The notes beneath the pieces were generated by a model. That model did no database searches and had not been told where the DNA came from. It saw only the letters and a program-made list of their open reading frames with translations. From a virus (lineage: Duplodnaviria; Caudoviricetes), in IMG/VR virus record IMGVR_UViG_3300047561_001072, positions 1 to 39,168 of that record: DNA of 39,168 bases. One strand, given 5' to 3'. A program made the translations under genes and the position numbers. Below are positions 9,918 to 18,180 of the stretch, in pieces (the first letter of the stretch is position 1; the number at the start of each line of letters is the position of its first letter).

Positions 9918-12616
9918 TAAGATATACTCACATAAGTTGTGCCAGGTTGTAAAGTAAATCCATATAGATGATAATTCTCAGCGGTATAACCGGCAGGAGG
10001 AGAATCAGGTTCTAGACCAACTGTACCAGCATCCGTATATGAAACGTCACTTAATAAACCAGCGCTTGCGCCAGTTTTGAATGTTGTAGGTTGTGATGCT
10101 GATGCTCTCACGGCGAACCAGAAGGCTCTTGGATTTGCATCTGTATTATTTATTGCTTGTGTGGCAAGTGTTTTAACTTGATCGGCTAGAACAGTTACGC
10201 CACTTTCAACACCTGTACCGTTAATAATATCTGCTCTTGTAGGTACTGTAGCAACACTTGTAGACCATAACCAATATGATGGGTATGTAAATGTTGCTGA
10301 AGCACTAGAAGTATTTGTAGGACCTAGAGTTGCAGTATAAGAAGTACCGGTAACGGCAATTGGTCTTGTAAATGTGGTTGATAGTGTTGCCAATCTCGAT
10401 GTGCCAGTATTGTCTTTGTGAATTGGTGTAGTAAAGGTAAATGTACCCGAACCTGTACCACTACTTACTGTACCACCAGTTGCTGTTACAGCATACACTC
10501 TGTTACCTGAGGTTGTAATACCTGTACCTGATACTGTATAACCTACACTAGTATATGTTTGTAAGAATGTACTACCAGTTGAAGAACCTAAGGAGATACT
10601 ATGAGTTGGGGTAGCCCATGATACACTAAACGATGCTGTAGTTCCCCATGTTGTGAATGAAGAGCCATTGTAATAGTTGAAAGTAATTGTACCACTTGCT
10701 GAACCACCAGTAATAGTTGTAGAAGTAGAACGAATATAAGATGTAGAATTATTTGGTGTGTAACTGATACTCCAATCTACACCACCAGCCGGTGTATTCG
10801 TGTAAGAACCTGCTGAGTAGTTTGATAATGTTGTAGATATAGAACCAGATACTTGAGCAATTGAAGCAACACTACTAACATATTGATCAACAACATCGGA
10901 TGGATTATCTGCTGTAGCTGTAAAGCCTGTACATGCCACATCCCAATTCAATGAAGAGGATGCTAAAGCAACTGCACTAACTGATGGAGTAAATGTTGCC
11001 AATGTTAATGACAGAACACCACCTGTAATTGCTGCAGTACGAACTGTTGATGTTGTACCATTCTCAACATAACCTGTTAGTGTTCTTGTTGTACCTGTAG
11101 CACCCCAAACTAAGTTGTTTATTCCTGATGCACCAGTTAAACCAATTGTACCTGTTGAACCAGAAACTCCAGCACCAGTAGCACCAGCAATACCTGTAGC
11201 ACCAGCTGCACCTCCACTTGGACCTGTAGCACCAGCAAAACCAGTAGCACCTGAAGCACCTTGAGGAGCCGAATCACCAATATTAATTGTACCTGCCATC
11301 GAAGGATGGAACTGACAAACATAATATAGTGTACTAGGAGCATTAAACGGTACTGCAAAAGTTATGGTACCGCCTTGATTTCCGTTGGCAGTTACTCCAG
11401 TATTGTAAATATCACCAACACTATATGCTCCAGAAACCGATTGAATCCAGAATGGATGACCAAACGCATCTACAGTAAATGTGTAAGTGAATCCACGCAA
11501 TAAAAATAATGTTGGATTACTAGCACCATCAATAGTATAAGCAGAAGCTCCACTATTTGTTACTACAAAATTTCTTGCGCCGCTTTGTCCTGCAGTACCG
11601 GTAGCACCAGTAAAACCAGCACCACTAGCACCAACAAGACCAATGATACCCGAAGCACCTTGAACACCTTGAGCACCAGTAGCACCAACACCAGAAGCAC
11701 CTTGAATACCTGTAGCACCTCGAATACCTGTGGCACCAGGAAGACCAGCACCTGTGGCGCCGTCAATACCAGGAGTACCGTCATTACCTGGAGTACCTGT
11801 AGCACCAGCAGCACCAGCAACACCAGTAGCACCTTGAATACCTGTAGCGCCAGAAAGACCAGCACCAGTAGCACCGTTAACACCTGAAGCACCTTGAACA
11901 CCAGTAGCACCATTAGACCCAATAAAACCTGAAGCACCTGCAACACCAGAAGCACCTCGAATACCTGTTGCGCCTGATATGCCAGAAGCACCTGCAACAC
12001 CAGTAGCACCAGATAAAGCACTTACATTATTTGCTTTATCAAAAGCAGCCTGTGCTGTTGTCTGTGCAGTAGTAATTCTGGTGTTTTGTGTTACGTTTAC
12101 TGCCTGTAATACGATTGTATTATTGTAAGCTGTGTTGGCAGTATTTCTGGCATAAGCATCTGTACTTGCAGCAGCTGCCGTATTTGCTTTATTGAAAGCG
12201 GCTTGTGCATTAATCGATGCAATGTTAGCAGTTGCTCTAGCGTAAGAATCAACAGTACCGCCGCCACCACCTCCGCCACCACCAGTAGGTGCATCAATCC
12301 ACTTTAATGTTCCGTAGTCGCTACTAGAAAGAATTTGTCCTGGATTACCAAAAGAACCATCAGCGTAGATACCACCATCCATATAGAGGTTGTACCATCT
12401 GTAGTCCACATTACCAATGTTTTGGCCAATCTCAACAGGTACAATGTAACCACCAACATAAACATTATTAGTAACAACTAAATCGTCACCAACGGTGAAA
12501 GTACCAGAAGAACTAGAAACTGTATTTGCTTTATCAAAGGCGGCATTAGCTTGTGTATAAGCCGAATTGGCTTGTGTAAATGCTAAATTTGCTTGATCGA
12601 ATGCGTTATTGGCCAT
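9917..12616 (-). CDS. Collagen-repeat tail fibre (899 aa) with AFDKAN coiled-coil repeats, cupredoxin-like domain and Ser/Thr-rich beta C-terminus
   Basis: AFDQAN/AFDKAN/AFNKAN repeats, Gly9 linker, G-X-Y block, GHPF...YYVCQFHPSM motif. Confidence 0.88.
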   Translation of the reverse strand: MANNAFDQANLAFTQANSAYTQANAAFDKANTVSSSSGTFTVGDDLVVTNNVYVGGYIVPVEIGQNIGNVDYRWYNLYMDGGIYADGSFGNPGQILSSSDYGTLKWIDAPTGGGGGGGGGTVDSYARATANIASINAQAAFNKANTAAAASTDAYARNTANTAYNNTIVLQAVNVTQNTRITTAQTTAQAAFDKANNVSALSGATGVAGASGISGATGIRGASGVAGASGFIGSNGATGVQGASGVNGATGAGLSGATGIQGATGVAGAAGATGTPGNDGTPGIDGATGAGLPGATGIRGATGIQGASGVGATGAQGVQGASGIIGLVGASGAGFTGATGTAGQSGARNFVVTNSGASAYTIDGASNPTLFLLRGFTYTFTVDAFGHPFWIQSVSGAYSVGDIYNTGVTANGNQGGTITFAVPFNAPSTLYYVCQFHPSMAGTINIGDSAPQGASGATGFAGATGPSGGAAGATGIAGATGAGVSGSTGTIGLTGASGINNLVWGATGTTRTLTGYVENGTTSTVRTAAITGGVLSLTLATFTPSVSAVALASSSLNWDVACTGFTATADNPSDVVDQYVSSVASIAQVSGSISTTLSNYSAGSYTNTPAGGVDWSISYTPNNSTSYIRSTSTTITGGSASGTITFNYYNGSSFTTWGTTASFSVSWATPTHSISLGSSTGSTFLQTYTSVGYTVSGTGITTSGNRVYAVTATGGTVSSGTGSGTFTFTTPIHKDNTGTSRLATLSTTFTRPIAVTGTSYTATLGPTNTSSASATFTYPSYWLWSTSVATVPTRADIINGTGVESGVTVLADQVKTLATQAINNTDANPRAFWFAVRASASQPTTFKTGASAGLLSDVSYTDAGTVGLEPDSPPAGYTAENYHLYGFTLQPGTTYVSIS

Positions 12617-12620
12617 TTTT

Positions 12621-12944
12621 TTACCTTGTTACAGAAGGAGAAACATCAACGATGCCTTCCATTACTCTTGTTATAGTATTGTTTGCACTATCATTTATAA
12701 TAGTATCATAAACATAACGACCAGGAACAATATTAGAAGTTACATTTGCATTTAAATGTAACGTAATTGTATTATTTGGTTTATCAACACTTGTTACAAA
12801 TACAGCAGTAGTATTTGTTGAATAATAAGTTTTACGAATCTGACTAGCGGAATTGCCAAGCACATCACCAACACCATCAATTATGATTGTGTTTTCATAC
12901 GTTGAACCTTGTTCAATATACAGGTTGTTATATAAAGCTGGCAT
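12621..12944 (-). CDS. Small conserved T4-like structural protein (beta-sandwich adaptor, BppU-N-like)
   Basis: NLYIEQGSTY...ASQIRK.Y.S...ITL.L...T....GRYVYD...TRVMEGIV.VSPSVT pattern recurrent in T4-like structural modules. Confidence 0.7.
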   Translation of the reverse strand: MPALYNNLYIEQGSTYENTIIIDGVGDVLGNSASQIRKTYYSTNTTAVFVTSVDKPNNTITLHLNANVTSNIVPGRYVYDTIINDSANNTITRVMEGIVDVSPSVTR

Positions 12945-12960
12945 TCTATCCTCTTATTGG

Positions 12961-12968
12961 TATTTAGT
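12961..12968 (-). promoter_or_regulatory. T4-type late promoter variant (ACTAAATA)
   Basis: CTAAATA on the minus strand in the short intergenic gap upstream of 12944. Confidence 0.45.
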
Positions 12969-12976
12969 TTTGGACA

Positions 12977-14638
12977 TTAGTTACCTATTCCAGAACCAGT
13001 AATAAACCAAGTGTTTGCAGCCGTATTCAATAGAGTGGCCACACCATAAGTATTTACATTTCGTGAAACGGATGTAGTGTTACCAGCAAGATACAATAAA
13101 ACGTTGGCATTATTTGGAGTTACTATTACATTTCCTGTTGTCATCTTTGAAACAATCATAATTTTTGATCCAACAGCCCAACCAACCCTACCATTGTCAG
13201 GAATATACAAAAAATTATTTGCTGGAGTTGTATAGTATAAATGTTTACCTATATCAGAAATAATTAAGGTGTAGTCTGCGTTTGCTGTTTTTTGTGGAAC
13301 TGTATTAGCAAAAAGACTTGCTGAAGCCGCATTGTTAACTGCTACGTTAGCATAAGAAGAAGCAGATGAAGCATTATTAATGCCTGTATTGGCATATGAA
13401 GATGCTGAAGCTGCATTGTTGATTGCGTTGTTGGCATACAAACTAGCAGACGCAGAATTGTTTACACCAGTATTAGCATATAAAGATGCTGAAGCCGCAT
13501 TGTTAACTGCCGTGTTGGCATAGGAACTTGCTGAAGCGGCATTATTAATACCCGTATTGGCATATGATGAAGCCGAAGCCGCATTATTAATACCTGTATT
13601 GGCATATGAAGATGCTGAGGCACCATTGTTTACACCAGTATTTGCTTGATCAAAAGCATTTTGTACATGAACACCTAAATTTACATTGTTGGATATTGAT
13701 GTGCTGGATTCTATGACACCTAATTTTAATCTATCATAAACAGCGGTACTAAAATCAATTGTTCCTGTTGGTTCAGGAGACACATTACTAAAAAGTTTCC
13801 ATGTACCATCTGAAGCATCACGAATCAATCCAGTATGTTGATATTTCGAATCAGTAAAATGGCCAGCAAAACCAATGTCGTTTACATTAGCAGAATTATT
13901 GTTAGCCAGATAAATTATAGTATCATCAATAACAAGATTGTTGGCCGAAATTGAAGTTAAATTACCAGTAACGGTTAAATTACCACTAACACTTAAATTA
14001 TTGGTGATTGAGATACTGCCACTAATAACATTTGAAGAGATCCAGTTTGTTCCATTAGAAGTCAATACATTACCACTAGTACCGGGGTAAATCTCTTGAT
14101 GTGAATCTAATCCATTACCTATGATAACTGTATTCGGTGTGGCGTTAAGTGTACTTCTTGTCAGTACAGTATTGTATGCTGAAACAATTCTTACTAGGTC
14201 ACCTTTATGAGCCGCTACTTGTAGTATGACAGTATAACCATCAGATGCCTGATAATCTCCGTTACCTAATTGTGAACCGTTTAGATAAACATCGATGTAA
14301 CCTAAGTCATAGTATCTAATGTTGAATGTATCTTGACCTTCAGTTGCCACAAATTCATCAACTTGACGATAGGTATATGGTGCAGCAACACCAGAAGATG
14401 GCACAGCAAGATATCTTAATTGAATAATTTTTCCAGCAACAGGTGCTGTTAAAAAATGAATATTGTTTTCTTCAAAGAAATAAACTCCAGGATCTACAAT
14501 GTTACCATCAATCGTAACAATCACCGAAACGGGTGATGCTGGTGCAATAGTGGTTACAAAGCCAGTAGTTGATCCGTCACCTGTAAAGGTGTCGTAGTAA
14601 TATTCTGATGTAAGTGGTTTGGCGCCTAAGTAACTCAA
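12977..14638 (-). CDS. Tail fibre-like protein (553 aa) with 14-aa coiled-coil repeat
   Basis: TTG start after AAGGA. Two N-terminal FTGDGSTT.F / F.ATEGQ.TF beta modules; ASASSYANTGINNA repeats; C-terminal DYTLIISDIGK...NTWFITG module. Confidence 0.85.
   Translation of the reverse strand: MSYLGAKPLTSEYYYDTFTGDGSTTGFVTTIAPASPVSVIVTIDGNIVDPGVYFFEENNIHFLTAPVAGKIIQLRYLAVPSSGVAAPYTYRQVDEFVATEGQDTFNIRYYDLGYIDVYLNGSQLGNGDYQASDGYTVILQVAAHKGDLVRIVSAYNTVLTRSTLNATPNTVIIGNGLDSHQEIYPGTSGNVLTSNGTNWISSNVISGSISITNNLSVSGNLTVTGNLTSISANNLVIDDTIIYLANNNSANVNDIGFAGHFTDSKYQHTGLIRDASDGTWKLFSNVSPEPTGTIDFSTAVYDRLKLGVIESSTSISNNVNLGVHVQNAFDQANTGVNNGASASSYANTGINNAASASSYANTGINNAASASSYANTAVNNAASASLYANTGVNNSASASLYANNAINNAASASSYANTGINNASSASSYANVAVNNAASASLFANTVPQKTANADYTLIISDIGKHLYYTTPANNFLYIPDNGRVGWAVGSKIMIVSKMTTGNVIVTPNNANVLLYLAGNTTSVSRNVNTYGVATLLNTAANTWFITGSGIGN
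13301..13621 (-). repeat. Degenerate 42-nt (14-aa) tandem repeat, about 8 copies
   Basis: ASASSYANTGINNA consensus read directly from the translation. Confidence 0.9.
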
Positions 14639-14654
14639 GATATTTCCTTTGTTA

Positions 14655-15356
14655 TTATCTCAACTCTGTCCAAGAACTGACAGAAGTTGCTGAAATGTTT
14701 GGTGTAAAAATCATATATGTGTTACCATTAGGAACAATTGTTTGTATTGTTGTTTTTGTTGCATTGGTAAGTACTGTGTTGGCAATATTAATAGTGTCAA
14801 CATTTGATGAAATTGTTGTGCTTGAATTAGCATACACGATAACAGAAACTACGATTGGTTTTCCTGTTGAATTTGTATATGAAGTATTGATGGTTCTTGA
14901 AGCGGTAACATTAGACCAGAATTGTGTACCACCAATGGCATTTACGCCAGAGAAAATTTGAGATGAGGTATTGGTTACCCATCTAGTACCATCCGAAATC
15001 AACATGGTATTTGCCACACTAGGAGCAATGGTATATACCGGATCAGTACCACGACCTACCACCAAAGCATTGTTTGCTAGTGTAGTTGTACCAGTACCTC
15101 CAGATAGTACAGGAAGCGTCCCGGTCGTTAAAGTATTCGCCGATACAGCATACATAGCACCAGCGATATTAAACGAGGCCAGGCCTGTTCCTCCATAGCC
15201 AGTTTTGGCTGTAGTTAAAACAAGAGAATCGCCACCTTCATATACCAAAATACCAGAACCACTAAAAGCACCTAAGCCAGTACCACCACGGTTAATATTT
15301 AATACCCCAAAGTTGGTATTACTGGCTAAATTGGCTAGATTGGCAGCTTTCGTCAT
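14655..15356 (-). CDS. Short tail fibre-like protein (233 aa)
   Basis: L...GGTG fibre-shaft repeats and C-terminal W.NVTASR...YTNSTGKPIVVSV...IVPNG.TY...W.ELR fibre-tip motif. Confidence 0.8.
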   Translation of the reverse strand: MTKAANLANLASNTNFGVLNINRGGTGLGAFSGSGILVYEGGDSLVLTTAKTGYGGTGLASFNIAGAMYAVSANTLTTGTLPVLSGGTGTTTLANNALVVGRGTDPVYTIAPSVANTMLISDGTRWVTNTSSQIFSGVNAIGGTQFWSNVTASRTINTSYTNSTGKPIVVSVIVYANSSTTISSNVDTINIANTVLTNATKTTIQTIVPNGNTYMIFTPNISATSVSSWTELR

Positions 15357-15378
15357 TACTTTTTCCTATTAATTCTTA

Positions 15379-15386
15379 TATTTATG
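15379..15386 (-). promoter_or_regulatory. T4-type late promoter (CATAAATA)
   Basis: ATAAATA overlapping the stop of the 15382 gene, upstream of 15356. Confidence 0.55.
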
Positions 15387-16047
15387 CTGGTTGTCCTGCA
15401 TTTTCCAACAACCAATTCTTAATGTTTTCTAATTCTTCTTCCGATGGTCTTATCATTTGTGGATAGACAGTTAACCAGAGATAATCTATGTCTGGTATTT
15501 TGGCTTTAATCTTAATTGTATGTACTCCTTCACCCATTAACTCACAATGAACGGTTGAACCGTTTCCGATTACAATTTTGTGAACTTCTGGTTGGTTCCC
15601 ATTCAAGGACATAGGAACTTGGTCTTTTTTAATGTTCTTTATTTCAATATTTTGTACATCAAAGGCTGGATTTAAATTTCCATCAACACATTTCACTCTT
15701 AAATTAATGGTTTCTTTTAAACCAAAAATCATTCCTGTTTTGCCATCAAATAATGTATCATCCATTAAATCCACCACCAATCTACGAACAGAAATGGTTC
15801 GATTATCTTCACCTAAAAAGGTTACAGAATCGGTTGTAGAAATACTTTGACTGATAGTATAATATTCCAGTTCGGTTAGGTCATCTATATTATAATGTAA
15901 AAAGTTGTTACCGTCATTTAACTCTTCAATCGCAACAGCAAACCCAACCATAGCCGTAATGTGCCTGTTTGTAGGGTTTACATACAGAGCATACACTTTA
16001 TTTGCATCATACTTTGTCGTTGATTCAATAACATTTTGGTTTAACAT
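15382..16047 (-). CDS. Hypothetical protein (~221 aa), possible partner/chaperone of the U32 enzyme
   Basis: Start reassigned from 16110 to the ATG at 16047 (MLNQNV...), 1 nt after the U32 stop; globular, non-fibre composition; no motif recognised. Confidence 0.7.
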   Translation of the reverse strand: MLNQNVIESTTKYDANKVYALYVNPTNRHITAMVGFAVAIEELNDGNNFLHYNIDDLTELEYYTISQSISTTDSVTFLGEDNRTISVRRLVVDLMDDTLFDGKTGMIFGLKETINLRVKCVDGNLNPAFDVQNIEIKNIKKDQVPMSLNGNQPEVHKIVIGNGSTVHCELMGEGVHTIKIKAKIPDIDYLWLTVYPQMIRPSEEELENIKNWLLENAGQPA

Positions 16048-16048
16048 A

Positions 16049-17038
16049 TCAAGCCTTTTTAAGTTTGTTGGTAATGTCATCACAAAGAGTACATTCGGTA
16101 CCACAAACATTCTTACAATTATTAGTAATCTTATTAAAATTTAAATCAGTTAAATCATTTACAGTAACATTCATTAATTGATTGGGTGGTTTGGTTGAGA
16201 ATAAAACTTTCAACGGAACGTTTCCATCTCCATACATGTATGCTTTACACATACTCAACCATTTCTCAATAGATACACCACGACCAGCAAGTTTAACGAT
16301 GTCAACCAAACCATCAAACTTATTTAAATCTGATGGTAAAGTAAATGCCGTCTTTAAATACTCACCTGGTTTTTCATCAAAGTAATCTACACAACCTAAT
16401 CTGTTGTGTACTATTGAAATAACCTTCATGTTGGACTTCTCGTTTGTCTGTGCAATCATCATGTCATCAAAGTTTTTCCACATACAATCAACAATACAAC
16501 CTTCATTTACCAACATTGTAATATTTATATTACGCTTATTACAATATTCTCTAATCTTTTTTAGTTCATCCAAGTTACGGTTTAAAGACCTGTCTACCAC
16601 CACATGGGTCATACCCAATACTTCAACCAAAAACACTATATCTTTTACCGTTCTAGGTAAGTTATTAACACTATTCTTAATCTCTATACCTCTTGGTGTA
16701 CAGGTTCTAATAATGTCAATGAACTGCCTATCTCTCATAACATAAGTGTTATTCATGGTTAGAATATCAACATCCATTTCTTTCATATGGTCTATAATTT
16801 CATGAACTTTTTCGTAAAATTCATTTGAATAATAATTACCATTAATTAGATAGTGTAACTTAATTCCATACTTGTTTCTTATTTCATACAATTCTGCTAG
16901 TTGTTCTTCATCTAAACTTAATGCTCTGGCTGAACCAAACCTGTTGTCAGAAAAATAAACGTCACTAATTTGTTTCACAGGTAACTGTTCAATTACTTGT
17001 AACATACCTTTTGTATAAGGCAACGAAAACATTCTCAT
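16049..17038 (-). CDS. Peptidase U32 family protein (PrtC-like; probable Fe-S hydroxylase/oxidase)
   Basis: FGSAR, LHYLIN, SVN, VVVDRSLNRNLDELKKI, LVNEGCIVDC, a further Cys (LGCVDY), KLAGR and C-terminal CKNVCGTECTLC match U32-family TIM-barrel motifs. Confidence 0.8.
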   Translation of the reverse strand: MRMFSLPYTKGMLQVIEQLPVKQISDVYFSDNRFGSARALSLDEEQLAELYEIRNKYGIKLHYLINGNYYSNEFYEKVHEIIDHMKEMDVDILTMNNTYVMRDRQFIDIIRTCTPRGIEIKNSVNNLPRTVKDIVFLVEVLGMTHVVVDRSLNRNLDELKKIREYCNKRNINITMLVNEGCIVDCMWKNFDDMMIAQTNEKSNMKVISIVHNRLGCVDYFDEKPGEYLKTAFTLPSDLNKFDGLVDIVKLAGRGVSIEKWLSMCKAYMYGDGNVPLKVLFSTKPPNQLMNVTVNDLTDLNFNKITNNCKNVCGTECTLCDDITNKLKKA

Positions 17039-17054
17039 AATATACTTTCAATAA

Positions 17055-18089
17055 TTAAGTAATAAAATTTCTATATTTTACAATAGATACCAACCATCTA
17101 AATCCTAAATTCTTTGCATGAACCGATGAAGGTGATTCGGCTTTAATGGTTACATTAAATTTTCCATAATTTGCACTATCTGGATCAGTAGTTACCGCAG
17201 TCATTTGGATTTCTTGAGAAAAGTTATTATGACCGCCTGCTCTATCCCAAAACCGTTCTTCTCTAATCTTAAATAATGAAGAGAATGCTGTGTATCTAAA
17301 ATTACCTCTCCATTTTGGATTGATATACGAACCAATATACTTAGTATCTTCCAATCCTGATGCAACAGCTGCATCAATCACCATTGTAATGATACCCATA
17401 ACATTAACTGCAACACTACCTGATGTATAAGTCAATCTACCACTAGGTGGATGAAAATTATTACTGGATATTAAATTACCAGAATCATCATAGTTGGATG
17501 GATCTCTATTATACTGTGCATTAATAACTGTATAATTTACACCTTTAGTTGAAGCATTTCCTATAATAGATGGCGGTCCAGATTGTGGAGTACCTAAAGT
17601 ATTATAATTATCATTAGTTGTACTGGAATAACCAGTATTTAATGGAGCCCCAGAAAAATAATTACAAACAAAATTTGAAATGTAATTAGGTGTACCAGAA
17701 CTATCAACTGCCGAAGTAAATTTATTTTGTATTGAAAACTGTATATCTAACGAACCCATAGTTGTAACTAATAGTGTCGTAGGAATGTCCAAATATGCCT
17801 GTACTGGTGCAATTGAATTTGCCGTTCTAGCTTGATTCGGATCAATATAAATTTGTTCATTAACTACTACCGGACTATCCACGGTGGCATCAATTGTCGG
17901 ACACCAAATATTAGCCGTAGTTGCCCATTCTTCTGGTGCTTTAAGTTTTATTAAACCACCATTGGAATAATATAAAACCGAATCTAAAGCACTAACACCC
18001 AAATCCAAATGAGGTATTACCTCCTCATCTGCAGTTTTGGTGGTGGCTGGTCCAATTGTTGTACCATTGGCTTTAATTTGCGTTAACAT
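17055..18089 (-). CDS. Hypothetical structural/receptor-binding-like protein, paralogue B (344 aa)
   Basis: Colinear with 18181..19122 (TT.GSLD.QF, VD.SGTP.YI.NF, GNAS..G..YTVINAQY, AFSSLFK..E, ANYGK, NLG.RW). Confidence 0.8.
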   Translation of the reverse strand: MLTQIKANGTTIGPATTKTADEEVIPHLDLGVSALDSVLYYSNGGLIKLKAPEEWATTANIWCPTIDATVDSPVVVNEQIYIDPNQARTANSIAPVQAYLDIPTTLLVTTMGSLDIQFSIQNKFTSAVDSSGTPNYISNFVCNYFSGAPLNTGYSSTTNDNYNTLGTPQSGPPSIIGNASTKGVNYTVINAQYNRDPSNYDDSGNLISSNNFHPPSGRLTYTSGSVAVNVMGIITMVIDAAVASGLEDTKYIGSYINPKWRGNFRYTAFSSLFKIREERFWDRAGGHNNFSQEIQMTAVTTDPDSANYGKFNVTIKAESPSSVHAKNLGFRWLVSIVKYRNFIT

Positions 18090-18180
18090 ATGCGCCTAAA
18101 AGTAAATTCGCTTTTTTGGTTCCTGGAAACTCGCCGGAGAAATTTGAGGCCGGAATGAAAAAATTCGAAATTTTCATTTT
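18090..18180. other. Structured intergenic element (hairpin plus two CCGG palindromes)
   Basis: AATGAAAA (18154-18161) / TTTTCATT (18171-18178) inverted repeat around AATTCGAAA; CCGG at 18134-18137 and 18150-18153; longest intergenic gap in the window. Confidence 0.5.

Noticed and set aside
400-12010. CRISPR-like appearance of recurring gcacc/gtagcacc units
   Set aside because: The periodicity is 9 nt from Gly-Ala-Thr/Ser codons inside ORFs; there is no constant repeat with unique spacers and no cas gene
486-12297. Many Val/Leu/Gln-rich minus-strand ORFs and Thr/Ser/Cys- or Pro-rich plus-strand ORFs in the track (e.g. 486..773, 1743..2207, 7795..8106, 11563..12021)
   Set aside because: Alternative-frame or antisense shadows of the G-X-Y collagen codon pattern, lying wholly inside long real genes
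16048-16110. Track start at 16110 for the 242-aa ORF (likewise 21548 for the 86-aa ORF and 39135 for the hub)
   Set aside because: 16110 and 21548 overlap upstream genes while ATGs at 16047 and 21509 sit right after the stops; the hub frame continues past the window edge
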